In this document: in pieces, positions 20,298 to 30,314 of the stretch
Position numbering within the stretch: position 1 is the first letter of the stretch
Layout of the letters: each line of letters opens with the position of its first letter
DNA from: a virus
Lineage: Duplodnaviria; Caudoviricetes
IMG/VR virus record: IMGVR_UViG_3300014000_000001
Span: 168,791-232,790 of that record
Length of the DNA: 64,000 bases
Strand: one strand, 5' to 3'
Position numbers and translations under genes: made by a program
The notes under the pieces: model-generated
The model's database searches: none
Told to the model about the DNA's origin: nothing
What the model saw: the letters and a program-made list of their open reading frames with translations, nothing else

Positions 20298-21548
20298 ATG
20301 ACTACATTAAAAGATGATAAGATTTTAGCCGCATTAATATCAGGAAGCAGATATCCTTATAATGGAGATCTTAGTGATGTCCTTAATGGTAACCTACATT
20401 TGTTAAATTTAGATGATAAATCTAAAGAGATTGAAATTAGATGGAAGAAAGGAGACGATGAACCCTATATCGACTATCCTGATAATTTAAATAATAGTAC
20501 GGGTAAACTAACCACTGAAGTTGTTGGAGGAATTACCTATAACGTATATAAAGTAACACTAGGTGCAAACCCGCAAGAACCGCAGTTAGATCGAATTGCT
20601 GCAGGTTATTCAGAAAGTTTAGCCACAAGCTATGGCATTGATTTAGCAGGATCTATGGATCTCGCTTATAAGCCCACATTACTAGGTAACTGGGTAGAGG
20701 GTAGAACTGATCTCAATGATTACGCGTTCGCTCAATTTGGTTTAATGGCGAGCGAAACGCGTTGGGAAAAAGATGGACGCAGAGTGAATGGGTTTTATCT
20801 CCATAACCTGTTAGATCAACCCCAAACCCTTACAGTTATCGAAATAAAAGGAACTGGACTAGATAAGGTTCCTTTAAACACCTATAAGTTAGTTAATGCG
20901 CAAGTTTACGGATCTACTGCATTATCTCAGATCACAGACAATAATGTTTCAGGTGGATACACTTATGAAATCCAGTTAGAAGCTTGTAACTACAGTACTC
21001 CAAATGGTGTGGATATCCATATTCCTAGCATCAACGAATATGTGTGGAAAGATACAAACAACGAAGATATGGTTTCTTTTGGTTTCGCTTTTAGTACCCA
21101 TGAAAATCCAGGGAAAGTATATTTTGCAGTAGTGGATAAGAAACTATCCAATATATCTTTTTCGGATATCGCTTACAATATCAGTTCAGCAATCCAAACG
21201 AATTACCCCGAAATAAACATGGATTATATCTTGGCCCCAGATATTTGGAATGGAACTTTCGTTCTAGATGGTATTCTAGAAGATATAGGATCCGAGGGAG
21301 ATAAGAGTATCAATATAAGACTATATGGGGCTAATAAATGGTCTGGTCGAATGGGGAATATCGATGATTATACATTGATTATGGTTGATCCAGAATATGA
21401 CTTTGCATTAGATCATAAGGTGATCAACATTGGTAGAAACCCTTCTTTTTTATCCGATGTGAATTATCAGGGTGAGCAGGCTATTATACATAAACCATAC
21501 CCGTTAATCACAACCGGTTTCAAACTTATTAATAGTCGAGTGGAGTAA
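20298..21548 (+). CDS. Putative fibre-associated/receptor-binding protein
   Basis: ORF track start 20256 lies inside the hairpin; ATG 20298 has an AGGA RBS; beta-rich, in the fibre cluster. Confidence 0.6.
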   Translation: MTTLKDDKILAALISGSRYPYNGDLSDVLNGNLHLLNLDDKSKEIEIRWKKGDDEPYIDYPDNLNNSTGKLTTEVVGGITYNVYKVTLGANPQEPQLDRIAAGYSESLATSYGIDLAGSMDLAYKPTLLGNWVEGRTDLNDYAFAQFGLMASETRWEKDGRRVNGFYLHNLLDQPQTLTVIEIKGTGLDKVPLNTYKLVNAQVYGSTALSQITDNNVSGGYTYEIQLEACNYSTPNGVDIHIPSINEYVWKDTNNEDMVSFGFAFSTHENPGKVYFAVVDKKLSNISFSDIAYNISSAIQTNYPEINMDYILAPDIWNGTFVLDGILEDIGSEGDKSINIRLYGANKWSGRMGNIDDYTLIMVDPEYDFALDHKVINIGRNPSFLSDVNYQGEQAIIHKPYPLITTGFKLINSRVE

Positions 21549-21554
21549 TAGTGG

Positions 21555-23744
21555 ATGATTAACCTTATAGGCAGTGCAAAAACTGTCCAACAATTGATTG
21601 ATAATCAGACAGGGGTGGAGTTTCAAAACTCCACCATGATGATTCTAAGGGTCATGGGAACCACAGCAGCTGCGCCAACCAGTTACTATTCAGGTTATAT
21701 CCAGATTAGATACTCGGATATCCAATCTTTAGGAACCCCCGAATCATTAGCTGAATCTTTCACTGAATTGTTCGAAGAGACGTTCCGCTTTGCAATAGGA
21801 TATGATGCGGCAGTGGATAAAATCACCTTTGGGATAAGCCCTGAAGGTTACTTGACTATCTCTGGGAATAATCCAGATATTAAAGTGGGCGCTTATAGTC
21901 CTGTTTTTGGAGAAGGGTCGGAGTTTATTAATCCGGGAGACATAGGTAAAATCCTAGGGTTCGAGCAAGTACCAAATAATGGGTTGTTAGATTGTTCCTA
22001 TTCTGGAGCGGGTGAACTCTGGACCTATGTGAATTTAAACATCGATGAAGAACTACATATCATTGGTCGTACCACCTCACCTACGGTAAATCCCAAAAAA
22101 TCATACGTGCGGTTTCGCAATAAAGATGGGAGTAAACATCATCGCATTGAACTTATCCCGACCAATGAAGGGACGGTTGTGTCACGAGATGGGGAAAGTT
22201 TAGAGTTCACAGAAACCAAAGAGGGTTATGGTTTTTGTTTAGCTCCTGATCTTTGTTTTGAAACAGGGGTGGAGTTATCCATTACTGTTTCTACTGCTTT
22301 TAAAACCAATGATGATGTGTCGACCATTTATGTTCGGGATAAGCGACGTAATGAACAAATTGCATCCATTCCAACTTATGGTGGGTTGACTCAAGAGCAA
22401 TTAGCTCAAGAACTTAAAACTGCACTTGAAAGTACAGGACTAACTGTAAAAACAGAAACAGTTGATGAAACCTATTTAAAGTTAGACCTTATTAATTATT
22501 CTAGCGGGAATATTACTTTAGAATTAATTTTCCCATATGGTGATTTGATTCCAGAGAATGCCATCACAGTTGAAGGTAATGCAAATACAACGGTCGGTTC
22601 AAAGAACTACATGTATGCAAATTATGCGGTTGGTTTTTGTATTGCACCATCTGAAAAACCTCAAATTGAAATTTCATGTGATGGAGCTACATCAACCACT
22701 GGTTTTGTTACTCTTGATGGTCGTTTTGATGTTTATATTGATGACATGGAAACCCCAACGCACACTAACATCTCAGCTGAAGAGCTGTATGGCATCTATA
22801 AAGATGGACATAACGGTCTACAGATTGAGACTGATGGTTCTGGAATTCCTATTGGTTGTGAGGGAGCAGCGGATTACATTATTGTTGGTCCATTAACTGA
22901 TGGTGGCTTTTATGATGTCACGGTAAATGATCAAGTTGTTCCCTCTAGCGGACGCATGTTTAGGGATGGTGGGTTCCTGTCAGCGTTAGAAGAATATGGA
23001 ATCAAGTTAACTCCATTGGATGTGAGCAACGTAGAACAATCCCCATCCGAGGGAACTACAGATCGGTACTATGACGCTGAAAGAGGCTCATTTGTAAATA
23101 CGACTGATGAATACAAACGCATCTCAATCAAAGCGACGGATGCAACATTCGTTACTAATAACTGGACACCAGATGCTAATCAATCATTCACATTTGATAA
23201 TGATTCAGCTACCGCACACTTCTGTTTAGCTCCAGCAGAAGAAATATGTATCCCGACTTCAATCAAAACCAACCTCCCAGACTTCTATACTGATCCAACC
23301 CGTGCGGTTTACTATTTAACAGCCCGTATTACCAAAGATGGGGTTGAAGAAACTAAAACCTTTAAATATAACTATGGGTTAGATACAGGTATTACTGCAC
23401 TTTACACTTCGATATTCGATAAACTGATAAAGAATGATCCAAATCTTTACTACCTAAATCCACCTGTGGGTGGGTGGGCTGATGTATATAGTGTCCTGAG
23501 TTTAGATGTGGATAATAATTATCTTAATGGTCGAAGTGACGAGCCTGATTTCATCTCTAATCCTCTTGATATTGTATTCACTAAAACTCCAGTAAAGTTA
23601 TTAGTTAGTGAGTCTGGATTCTCGGCGATTGATTTCTTTAGCTTATTAGTCGACCCTGGAACTCCCAACATAACAGAAACAAATTCAATCCACACATGTG
23701 GATATGGCTTGTATGGAAGTACAAGCGTGAAGCAACCTTCCTAG
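21555..23744 (+). CDS. Fibre-associated protein with Cys-bracketed repeats (xCxGA...FCLAP)
   Basis: Three FC[LI]AP ends plus EISCDGA and IGCEGA starts, shared with neighbouring genes. Confidence 0.7.
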   Translation: MINLIGSAKTVQQLIDNQTGVEFQNSTMMILRVMGTTAAAPTSYYSGYIQIRYSDIQSLGTPESLAESFTELFEETFRFAIGYDAAVDKITFGISPEGYLTISGNNPDIKVGAYSPVFGEGSEFINPGDIGKILGFEQVPNNGLLDCSYSGAGELWTYVNLNIDEELHIIGRTTSPTVNPKKSYVRFRNKDGSKHHRIELIPTNEGTVVSRDGESLEFTETKEGYGFCLAPDLCFETGVELSITVSTAFKTNDDVSTIYVRDKRRNEQIASIPTYGGLTQEQLAQELKTALESTGLTVKTETVDETYLKLDLINYSSGNITLELIFPYGDLIPENAITVEGNANTTVGSKNYMYANYAVGFCIAPSEKPQIEISCDGATSTTGFVTLDGRFDVYIDDMETPTHTNISAEELYGIYKDGHNGLQIETDGSGIPIGCEGAADYIIVGPLTDGGFYDVTVNDQVVPSSGRMFRDGGFLSALEEYGIKLTPLDVSNVEQSPSEGTTDRYYDAERGSFVNTTDEYKRISIKATDATFVTNNWTPDANQSFTFDNDSATAHFCLAPAEEICIPTSIKTNLPDFYTDPTRAVYYLTARITKDGVEETKTFKYNYGLDTGITALYTSIFDKLIKNDPNLYYLNPPVGGWADVYSVLSLDVDNNYLNGRSDEPDFISNPLDIVFTKTPVKLLVSESGFSAIDFFSLLVDPGTPNITETNSIHTCGYGLYGSTSVKQPS

Positions 23745-23753
23745 GGTATAATT

Positions 23754-23785
23754 TTTCCCCTCAATGAATATTCATTGAGGGGAAA
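23754..23785. repeat. 32-bp perfect palindrome (terminator-like)
   Basis: tttcccctcaatgaatattcattgaggggaaa. Confidence 0.8.
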
Positions 23786-23817
23786 TTAGTTAAAAAAATT
23801 AGTAAGGTGTTACAGTT

Positions 23818-24693
23818 ATGAAACTTAATTTTAAGAATATCGGAAATACGAATAAACGTCTTAAGATTGTACCAACTAATGGTGCTACAATAACTAAAGT
23901 TAATGTCACTAATCCGACTTTTGGATTAGATACAAATAATGTGGCTACTTTCTGTTTGACATCTAAGCCAGAAATTAGTTGTTATGGTGCTACTTTAAAT
24001 GTTTTCATTGCGGCTAAACATTTAGAATCAGAAACGGATATTCCAGATACCACAATGGCAACCGTTGAAGTTTATGATCGGGGGACGGTTGAAATTGATT
24101 TTGATAGCTCTATTACAGATATCAATAATGAATTAGCGAAAGTTGGATTGTTCGCTTATGCAATCCCTGGAGGATTGCTGGAGGTTGTGAATGATCTTCA
24201 AACTGCGGCACGAGTAATCGTTACAGCGATCAATGGCGCATCTATGAAAATAGATATAGATAATCCTAACCCAACAGCGGATTTTATTAATGAGCAATCA
24301 ATTTACTTCTGTTTAACTGAAAAACAAGAGCAAGGTAAAGTTTATGATCTAAAATTAGACGATAAAGGATTACATCCTAGCGATAATATTTATTCAGGTA
24401 CTATCACTCCACCAAATACAGATTTAAAATTAGCTTTCCAAATCCAATGGTATGATGTGCAAACTCAAGACGGTAATAACGGCAGAGTGACACTGGTAAG
24501 TGATTATATAAATATTTCCTCTGATGGTTCAACATGGTCAGTTGATGTAAATACATTACCTAGTAGTAAGAAACCTCAATTCGGGTACCCTTCAGGTTAT
24601 ATGGAAGTATCCATATCTCAAAATCATGGCCTTAACGATCCATCCTTTGTGATTAATGAAGATAAAATATTGTACCCACATACAGCTGTGTAA
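23818..24693 (+). CDS. Fibre-associated protein starting with a half Cys-repeat
   Basis: MKLNFKN...ATFCLTSKP, then EISCYGA...IYFCLTEK; AAGG RBS. Confidence 0.7.
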   Translation: MKLNFKNIGNTNKRLKIVPTNGATITKVNVTNPTFGLDTNNVATFCLTSKPEISCYGATLNVFIAAKHLESETDIPDTTMATVEVYDRGTVEIDFDSSITDINNELAKVGLFAYAIPGGLLEVVNDLQTAARVIVTAINGASMKIDIDNPNPTADFINEQSIYFCLTEKQEQGKVYDLKLDDKGLHPSDNIYSGTITPPNTDLKLAFQIQWYDVQTQDGNNGRVTLVSDYINISSDGSTWSVDVNTLPSSKKPQFGYPSGYMEVSISQNHGLNDPSFVINEDKILYPHTAV

Positions 24694-24761
24694 GTTGATA
24701 TTCTATGAATATCTACGAGATTTTCTACTTCTAACAACTTTTGCCTTCGGAGCACCTATTT

Positions 24762-25835
24762 ATGAAACCAGTTCTAAGTATTAAGGACCTCGTAACCAAC
24801 CCACAGTTTGGTGTCAATGTTGTCATTACTGCAGCGATTGCCAAAGTGGAAGATGCAGCAATTTTAGAGTACAGTTTAGACACACGCAAAACTACAATCC
24901 ATCTTATTCAGGAGCACCCAAATTATCCTGAAACGGGTATTAAAGCTATTGTTAACTTTACTCGCACAAATGCACCAGACAACAAAGCATTTTTTGCTAA
25001 GCTTGAAAACTATGAGTTCCACACTCATGGAGAAATTCAAAGTGAAGAATTTAAAGCAGCATTCTTACCACTTTATACCGCTTACTTGAAAACATCGTTA
25101 GGTTATGGTGATGATGCTGAGTTATCTTTTGTTACTGTAGGTCGTGACAATAAAGCAATTATTCAATTCACATCTACCCGTAAAAAAGATGTATATGATG
25201 CAGAAGGGAACAAAACCACTGTATCTAAACAAAGCTCCCACCGTGTAAGCTGGAAACTACTCGACCCTAAAGTAGATTACAATAACGTGATTGTATTCCC
25301 ACGTCCGTTATTCAACACAGTAGCTAAGTTCATTAAGAAAGTTGCTGAACTTATGGATATTGCTCCAGAACGCATCTACGTTAAAGAGGACCCAACTAAT
25401 CTAGGTGTAGATAGTGTTGAAGTTTATATTGGACCAAATGATCTTACTTATTCAGGTTCAATCACTGTTAGTATCCCACCTGCAGGTGAGGCTGTTCATG
25501 TGTATAATCTAACTACAGGAGATGAGGTACTTCCTGAAGAAGGTGAAGACGATGAAACTCAAACCCCACCTCCAGTTGCAACTATTACTGATGTTGAATT
25601 TGACGCTGCAACTAAAACAGTAACAGCACTGGTCACCAATGCAACTCAGGTAACCATTGAAGCTCAAGGCGTTACAGCTAAAACCGTGAATGTGGTTGAT
25701 GGTATCGTATCCTACATGTTCACAGAAACATTAGTTGAAGGTACAGCTATCGTGATTAAAGCAGGTACTGTTACAAATCAAGTAACTATCCCTGTAACAC
25801 CACCTCAAGAGGATGGTGAAGATCTTAAGGTGTAA
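24762..25835 (+). CDS. Putative virion protein with acidic/Pro linker and C-terminal Ig-like domain
   Basis: ATG 24762 with GGAG RBS, TATG at 24704; T/V-rich beta C-terminus. Confidence 0.6.
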   Translation: MKPVLSIKDLVTNPQFGVNVVITAAIAKVEDAAILEYSLDTRKTTIHLIQEHPNYPETGIKAIVNFTRTNAPDNKAFFAKLENYEFHTHGEIQSEEFKAAFLPLYTAYLKTSLGYGDDAELSFVTVGRDNKAIIQFTSTRKKDVYDAEGNKTTVSKQSSHRVSWKLLDPKVDYNNVIVFPRPLFNTVAKFIKKVAELMDIAPERIYVKEDPTNLGVDSVEVYIGPNDLTYSGSITVSIPPAGEAVHVYNLTTGDEVLPEEGEDDETQTPPPVATITDVEFDAATKTVTALVTNATQVTIEAQGVTAKTVNVVDGIVSYMFTETLVEGTAIVIKAGTVTNQVTIPVTPPQEDGEDLKV

Positions 25836-25871
25836 GCGATGAAGGTAATCAAGGCGGTTAATGTTTAAACA

Positions 25872-25905
25872 TAATTAAGGATGTTCCTAGGAACATCCTT
25901 AATTA
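25872..25905. repeat. CCTAGG-centred perfect palindrome (34 bp)
   Basis: taattaaggatgttcctaggaacatccttaatta. Confidence 0.85.
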
Positions 25906-25956
25906 ATTATGATCAAAAGTATTTTATGACATATTTATAACTGACGAGATAAGATC

Positions 25957-26877
25957 ATGCGTAACATTGTACGCTTAGCTGGAGGTTCATATTTTCAGCT
26001 CGCTAAGGCTATTGGAGCTCCAATTATCCCTCAAGCTAACTCAACATTAAATGAAGCCGTTAACAATAAAGATGTGGTACCGTTTCAGCCTGCGATTCCA
26101 ACAGCGGGAATGGAGTATGCTGCCGATTACAACTATCAAACTGATAGCGCTGGTGTAAAGTTTCAATACCTAGCAATCGGTTGTGGTGGGCACTATTCAG
26201 TCACCAACGCCACTCACGGTATTCCGACCACACAAACCAAACCCCACAAAGCGCGACACACTGGATTGTATCGTCAAATTCCATTTGTATGTAAGCCTCT
26301 TGATAATGATTTATCAATAGAAGAACGTGCAAAATATCGTTTACGTAAAGTGGTGACTATTAATGGTGTGCAGTACGCAGCTTACTTCTTGCGCTACATT
26401 GATTTATCAGCATCGACTATCGTACAGGTTACGGTGAAAAAAGATAAAGGGATTAAATCCTCAAATCCATACACACCAACCATTAATGATTTAGTTCCCC
26501 AAGATCCAGAAATTAACGGAACCAATGACGGGACATACTTACAAACCTATATCACTACAGAAATCACCTTCAATACTACAGAAGCTGCGTATCTACGCGA
26601 AGTTGCCGCACTTTGGTTTGGTGATGAGAACGCAGCGATCGTTTCAGAAATTGATATCTGTTCTGGGGTGGACAAACCAATTACGAAACGTTATCCTGCA
26701 ACAGGTAACCAAACCGCGCAGCAGGTTAATTCTTCATTAAAAGAAGCTTTAGCAGTGCAAGGTGGGATTGTTGAATCCACATTCATGGCAATGACCTTTG
26801 CCAATGGCGCGGTATCTGAGAAAATCTATATCGGTACCGAAGATCCACTATACGGTACAAACGCTACCAGTGGCTAA
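25957..26877 (+). CDS. Virion structural protein (phiKZ gp139-like)
   Basis: NSTLNE, YLAIGCGGH, H.ARHTGLY.QIPFV, AIVSEI.ICSGVD motifs; adjacent to the RuvC-like gene. Confidence 0.75.
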   Translation: MRNIVRLAGGSYFQLAKAIGAPIIPQANSTLNEAVNNKDVVPFQPAIPTAGMEYAADYNYQTDSAGVKFQYLAIGCGGHYSVTNATHGIPTTQTKPHKARHTGLYRQIPFVCKPLDNDLSIEERAKYRLRKVVTINGVQYAAYFLRYIDLSASTIVQVTVKKDKGIKSSNPYTPTINDLVPQDPEINGTNDGTYLQTYITTEITFNTTEAAYLREVAALWFGDENAAIVSEIDICSGVDKPITKRYPATGNQTAQQVNSSLKEALAVQGGIVESTFMAMTFANGAVSEKIYIGTEDPLYGTNATSG

Positions 26878-27499
26878 GAAAGTCATTGTAAGTGTTGACC
26901 CTGGGGTTAATCTAGGATTAAGTTGTTTAGAGTTAGATTTAGAAACTAAACAGACCAAAGTCCTAGATGCTCACACCTGTAGTTTAAATGATATTGCTGA
27001 AAACTATTATAGTGATAGAATTCATTGCTTAGGTTTAGCATTAACACGAATTACAGTGATTGAAGATTTGATTAAAGATTACGCTGCTTTTTGGCAACCA
27101 GATTTCTTCATCCATGAAACTGCATTCTCAGCCCATGGAAGAAAGTTCGGAGGGTCGATTGAATCATTCGCTTCTTTAAGGGAAAACATTTTAGGAATAA
27201 AATTAGCTGCTTGTCGTTACGATTCGAGTATCCCAATTATATCAATCAATCCAAATACGGTGAAGTATTGTGTCATTGGAGAGAAGAATAATGACAAAGA
27301 CCAGATGAAGGACGGTATAAAAAGTAAAACCGACCTTGATCTATCGGGAGTGAACGTGGATAAGTTGGACCAACACGGAGTCGATAGCATTGCTATTGGT
27401 TATACCTTCATTCATAAACACATTTATGGGGTGCAAGATGTTAAATGTTCTAAACGTAGCCCGAGCGTTAAAAGAAATAAAAATAAAACAACTGGATGA
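26870..27499 (+). CDS. ruvC: RuvC-like Holliday junction resolvase (phiKZ gp140-like)
   Basis: VSVDPGVNLG, IHETAF, INPNTVK and DQHGVDSIAIG catalytic-type motifs; probable GTG start at 26870. Confidence 0.85.
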   Translation: MAKKVIVSVDPGVNLGLSCLELDLETKQTKVLDAHTCSLNDIAENYYSDRIHCLGLALTRITVIEDLIKDYAAFWQPDFFIHETAFSAHGRKFGGSIESFASLRENILGIKLAACRYDSSIPIISINPNTVKYCVIGEKNNDKDQMKDGIKSKTDLDLSGVNVDKLDQHGVDSIAIGYTFIHKHIYGVQDVKCSKRSPSVKRNKNKTTG

Positions 27500-27950
27500 T
27501 GAATTTCAACAAGCAATCATTGGAGTAATCAATCCTTTATTTCCAGTAAACATCAATATTAGTAGTGAGACATCGGGAGATGAATTAATACGTTTATTGG
27601 ACAACGATGTTCCTCGGGAATTAAGAATGACAATCATTGCCGCGATAGTATTTGATAATGATGACATTCGTCGATTCTACACAGACCTCGAACGTTGTCA
27701 AAGAGATAATGTCCGCAATGTTGAGTTCGATGACAATGTTAAAGGAAACTTTATTTTGAATAACGCGTTTCTTGTAATCGTTGTCGTATCTGTGATGATG
27801 GTCATCTATTTCAAATCATCGGTAGTGCGTGGTAATTTACCACCGTCAAATAGTTTACCCGTGATTGCTCTCATTGTAAAAGCGTTATCCACAGACGTAA
27901 CAGTTGTTGAAAAACATATTGAAAAAGATTTAGGTGAAGAAACACCGTAA
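27438..27950 (+). CDS. Membrane-anchored hypothetical protein
   Basis: TM segment AFLVIVVVSVMMVIYF; probable start 27438 (GGGG RBS), overlapping the ruvC 3' end. Confidence 0.6.
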   Translation: MLNVLNVARALKEIKIKQLDDEFQQAIIGVINPLFPVNINISSETSGDELIRLLDNDVPRELRMTIIAAIVFDNDDIRRFYTDLERCQRDNVRNVEFDDNVKGNFILNNAFLVIVVVSVMMVIYFKSSVVRGNLPPSNSLPVIALIVKALSTDVTVVEKHIEKDLGEETP

Positions 27951-27978
27951 TGAGAGGATGCCTAGGCATCCTCTCATT
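27949..27978. repeat. CCTAGG-centred perfect palindrome (30 bp), terminator-like
   Basis: aatgagaggatgcctaggcatcctctcatt, then a T-rich tract. Confidence 0.85.
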
Positions 27979-28035
27979 TATTTTTATCTATTTAAATCTT
28001 ACTATGAACTAATATAGCAACAGACAGGATATCAC

Positions 28036-29589
28036 ATGTCAACCAATAACCCTGAAAATGAATTAGCTTATACCACAGTAAAAGAAACCTCCCACGGTAT
28101 TCGTGAAATTTCAGACTTCATTCATTTATTCGCTCACCAAGTGAAGATTCCAAGTGAATCAATCGGTAGCGCACGTCTATTAACGCGTAAAGAAATTAGT
28201 CAAGAGTATCCAACGTATGGGTCATACATGGATTCTCTTAGACGTTTCGCAAGTTACTTAAAAGCAACAGCAATGGATCATTCACCCGATGCATACTCAA
28301 TGCGAGCGCATAACATCGCAGCAGTTGTTCGTCTTTTAGATGTAACCTCACGCCTGCAATTCTTTAAAGCATTTGAAGAGTATGTTGATCTTTATACATC
28401 GGATAATGTGGGTTGGGGGATGTTATCCTTACATGCTACATTTAGCAATAACCAATTGGTTCAAACGGATGTTTATTTAGGAGATACAAAACTAGATCTC
28501 TCTAAACCCATTCACGTTCAATTAATTGATTGGGACGGTGAGTTGGTTGAGTTTTATAATCTCGTAGACCTTAACCAAAAATATCGCACCGAGCCTGAAT
28601 ATGTACGCGATGAAAATGACGCGTTACAGATAGATTCGACAACAGGTAAACCTAAATTGAAAAATAAGGTTTACCCTGTTAATTTGGGTTTGGTGGTGTC
28701 CGATGACTCCGTGGCGAATCAGGCATTACATGAGGAAGCTGAACGTAAGTTTGGGGCTTTAAATAAATCAGATATTCGTAAATCCATGACACGTTCTATT
28801 TTGGATTTCCCACTCATGCGAATTGTCAATCCAGAAGAAGATGAAGAACTCACGATCACCTCGTATCAAACACCAGTTTTTACTCAAATGGACTATTGTC
28901 ATGATATTGAGTTTAATGATGTGTTAGCGGTAATGGTGAAATTTAATGAATTGAAAGAGAAAGGTTATTTCAATAACTTACGTGAATTCTCTTTATTGAA
29001 TTTATTTCGTTGGGGAGTTTTATCACTAGAAGCATGGGATCGTGGGAAACAAATTTTCGATGCAGTGATGAATGCACCTAAGCTAGATGAGTACAATACC
29101 ATCATTGATCGTAAAATGGTCACTTGGGGTACGGCTTGTATTGCTGACTTACAAAAACGTAATCCACAACAAAGTAAAGACATCACAGATAACATTGTAA
29201 TCTCAGGATCAGCGTTATCAAAAATGGCTTCTATGTTTGGTCAAGGTTATTTGATCGTTCGTAGTTTGATCGTAACAGACGTTGAGCCTGATGATGTAGG
29301 TTTTCGTGAAGCTCGTTTAGCGTTGCGTTCTAAGCGTGAGCGAACTAACCGTTTCCAGTCCATTACTCGCTTAAATGCAGATGAATATAAAATTGTTGAA
29401 TTGGATAAAGACGACAATATCATTGGGGTAGTGAATGCAATTGATGTGATGGCGATCATTAACTATGATGCTGAGGTTGTGGTTATTTCATTTGAAGATA
29501 GTGACCAGCTCGATGATCAGAAGAAGAAAGATCTTTACCATGCAATTTATGAATATAAACCCACCAGTGTAGAAATGAAAAAAGCATAA
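28036..29589 (+). CDS. Hypothetical protein (517 aa)
   Basis: Long ORF, AGGA RBS, TATG at 28003. Confidence 0.75.
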   Translation: MSTNNPENELAYTTVKETSHGIREISDFIHLFAHQVKIPSESIGSARLLTRKEISQEYPTYGSYMDSLRRFASYLKATAMDHSPDAYSMRAHNIAAVVRLLDVTSRLQFFKAFEEYVDLYTSDNVGWGMLSLHATFSNNQLVQTDVYLGDTKLDLSKPIHVQLIDWDGELVEFYNLVDLNQKYRTEPEYVRDENDALQIDSTTGKPKLKNKVYPVNLGLVVSDDSVANQALHEEAERKFGALNKSDIRKSMTRSILDFPLMRIVNPEEDEELTITSYQTPVFTQMDYCHDIEFNDVLAVMVKFNELKEKGYFNNLREFSLLNLFRWGVLSLEAWDRGKQIFDAVMNAPKLDEYNTIIDRKMVTWGTACIADLQKRNPQQSKDITDNIVISGSALSKMASMFGQGYLIVRSLIVTDVEPDDVGFREARLALRSKRERTNRFQSITRLNADEYKIVELDKDDNIIGVVNAIDVMAIINYDAEVVVISFEDSDQLDDQKKKDLYHAIYEYKPTSVEMKKA

Positions 29590-29592
29590 AGA

Positions 29593-29622
29593 AATTAGAA
29601 GCTCCCTAGGGAGCTTCTAATT
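29593..29622. repeat. CCTAGG-centred perfect palindrome (30 bp) between convergent genes
   Basis: aattagaagctccctagggagcttctaatt. Confidence 0.85.
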
Positions 29623-29632
29623 ATGCAGTTGA

Positions 29633-30226
29633 TTAAATTCCAAGCATGGCTTTAACACGGTTCACTTGTTTGATACGATCATCCAAACCATTAAACCCAC
29701 CGTTAATTTTCTTGGTAATTGCATTGACGTCATCTTTAAGAGCAAGAGCTGTTAAACCTTTGTCTGTCCAATAACGACATGCAATGATTACGGAAATGTC
29801 TGCATGAGCTGCCCGAGTTGGGTCGGTGACTAAATCAATTCCGAGTTTCTTAGAATAAAGAACATAATTGGCATAACCCGTTAATTGGAATATACCACGT
29901 CCTTTAAAGCGAACCCCATAACCTGGAACTGTATTACCTAGATCAACTCGACCCTCGTAAGCTTTACCAGAAGCAATCTCTTCTAAATAAGTAAATGAAC
30001 CAGTCTCATGTACCGCTTGCCCTAAGAAGTGAGCAAGGATAAGAGGATGGTCTAAAATACCAGAATCTTTGAAGTGAACACTTGCAGCTAAACCTAGAGC
30101 TTCAGCACGTGCTTGTTTAGCACCAAGTTTCTTAAATAAGGCAGTAAGCGTACCAGAACCAATAACACCGTCTGGAGTAGTTCCCACTGCTTTTTGAAGC
30201 CTGATGATGTAGCTTTTATCCATCAT
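29633..30226 (-). CDS. Endolysin: N-terminal peptidoglycan-binding module plus glycoside hydrolase family 19 domain
   Basis: LQKAVG..PDGVIGSGT; AHFLGQAVHET, FKGRGIFQLTG..NY, ITKKINGG.NGLDDR. Confidence 0.9.
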   Translation of the reverse strand: MMDKSYIIRLQKAVGTTPDGVIGSGTLTALFKKLGAKQARAEALGLAASVHFKDSGILDHPLILAHFLGQAVHETGSFTYLEEIASGKAYEGRVDLGNTVPGYGVRFKGRGIFQLTGYANYVLYSKKLGIDLVTDPTRAAHADISVIIACRYWTDKGLTALALKDDVNAITKKINGGFNGLDDRIKQVNRVKAMLGI

Positions 30227-30314
30227 GACAATAACCTGTAAAAAAATAATAGGTCATAAAATTTACATTTTTACAGATGGAGGATAATTTATAACCAGTA
30301 TAGAGGTACCTAAT

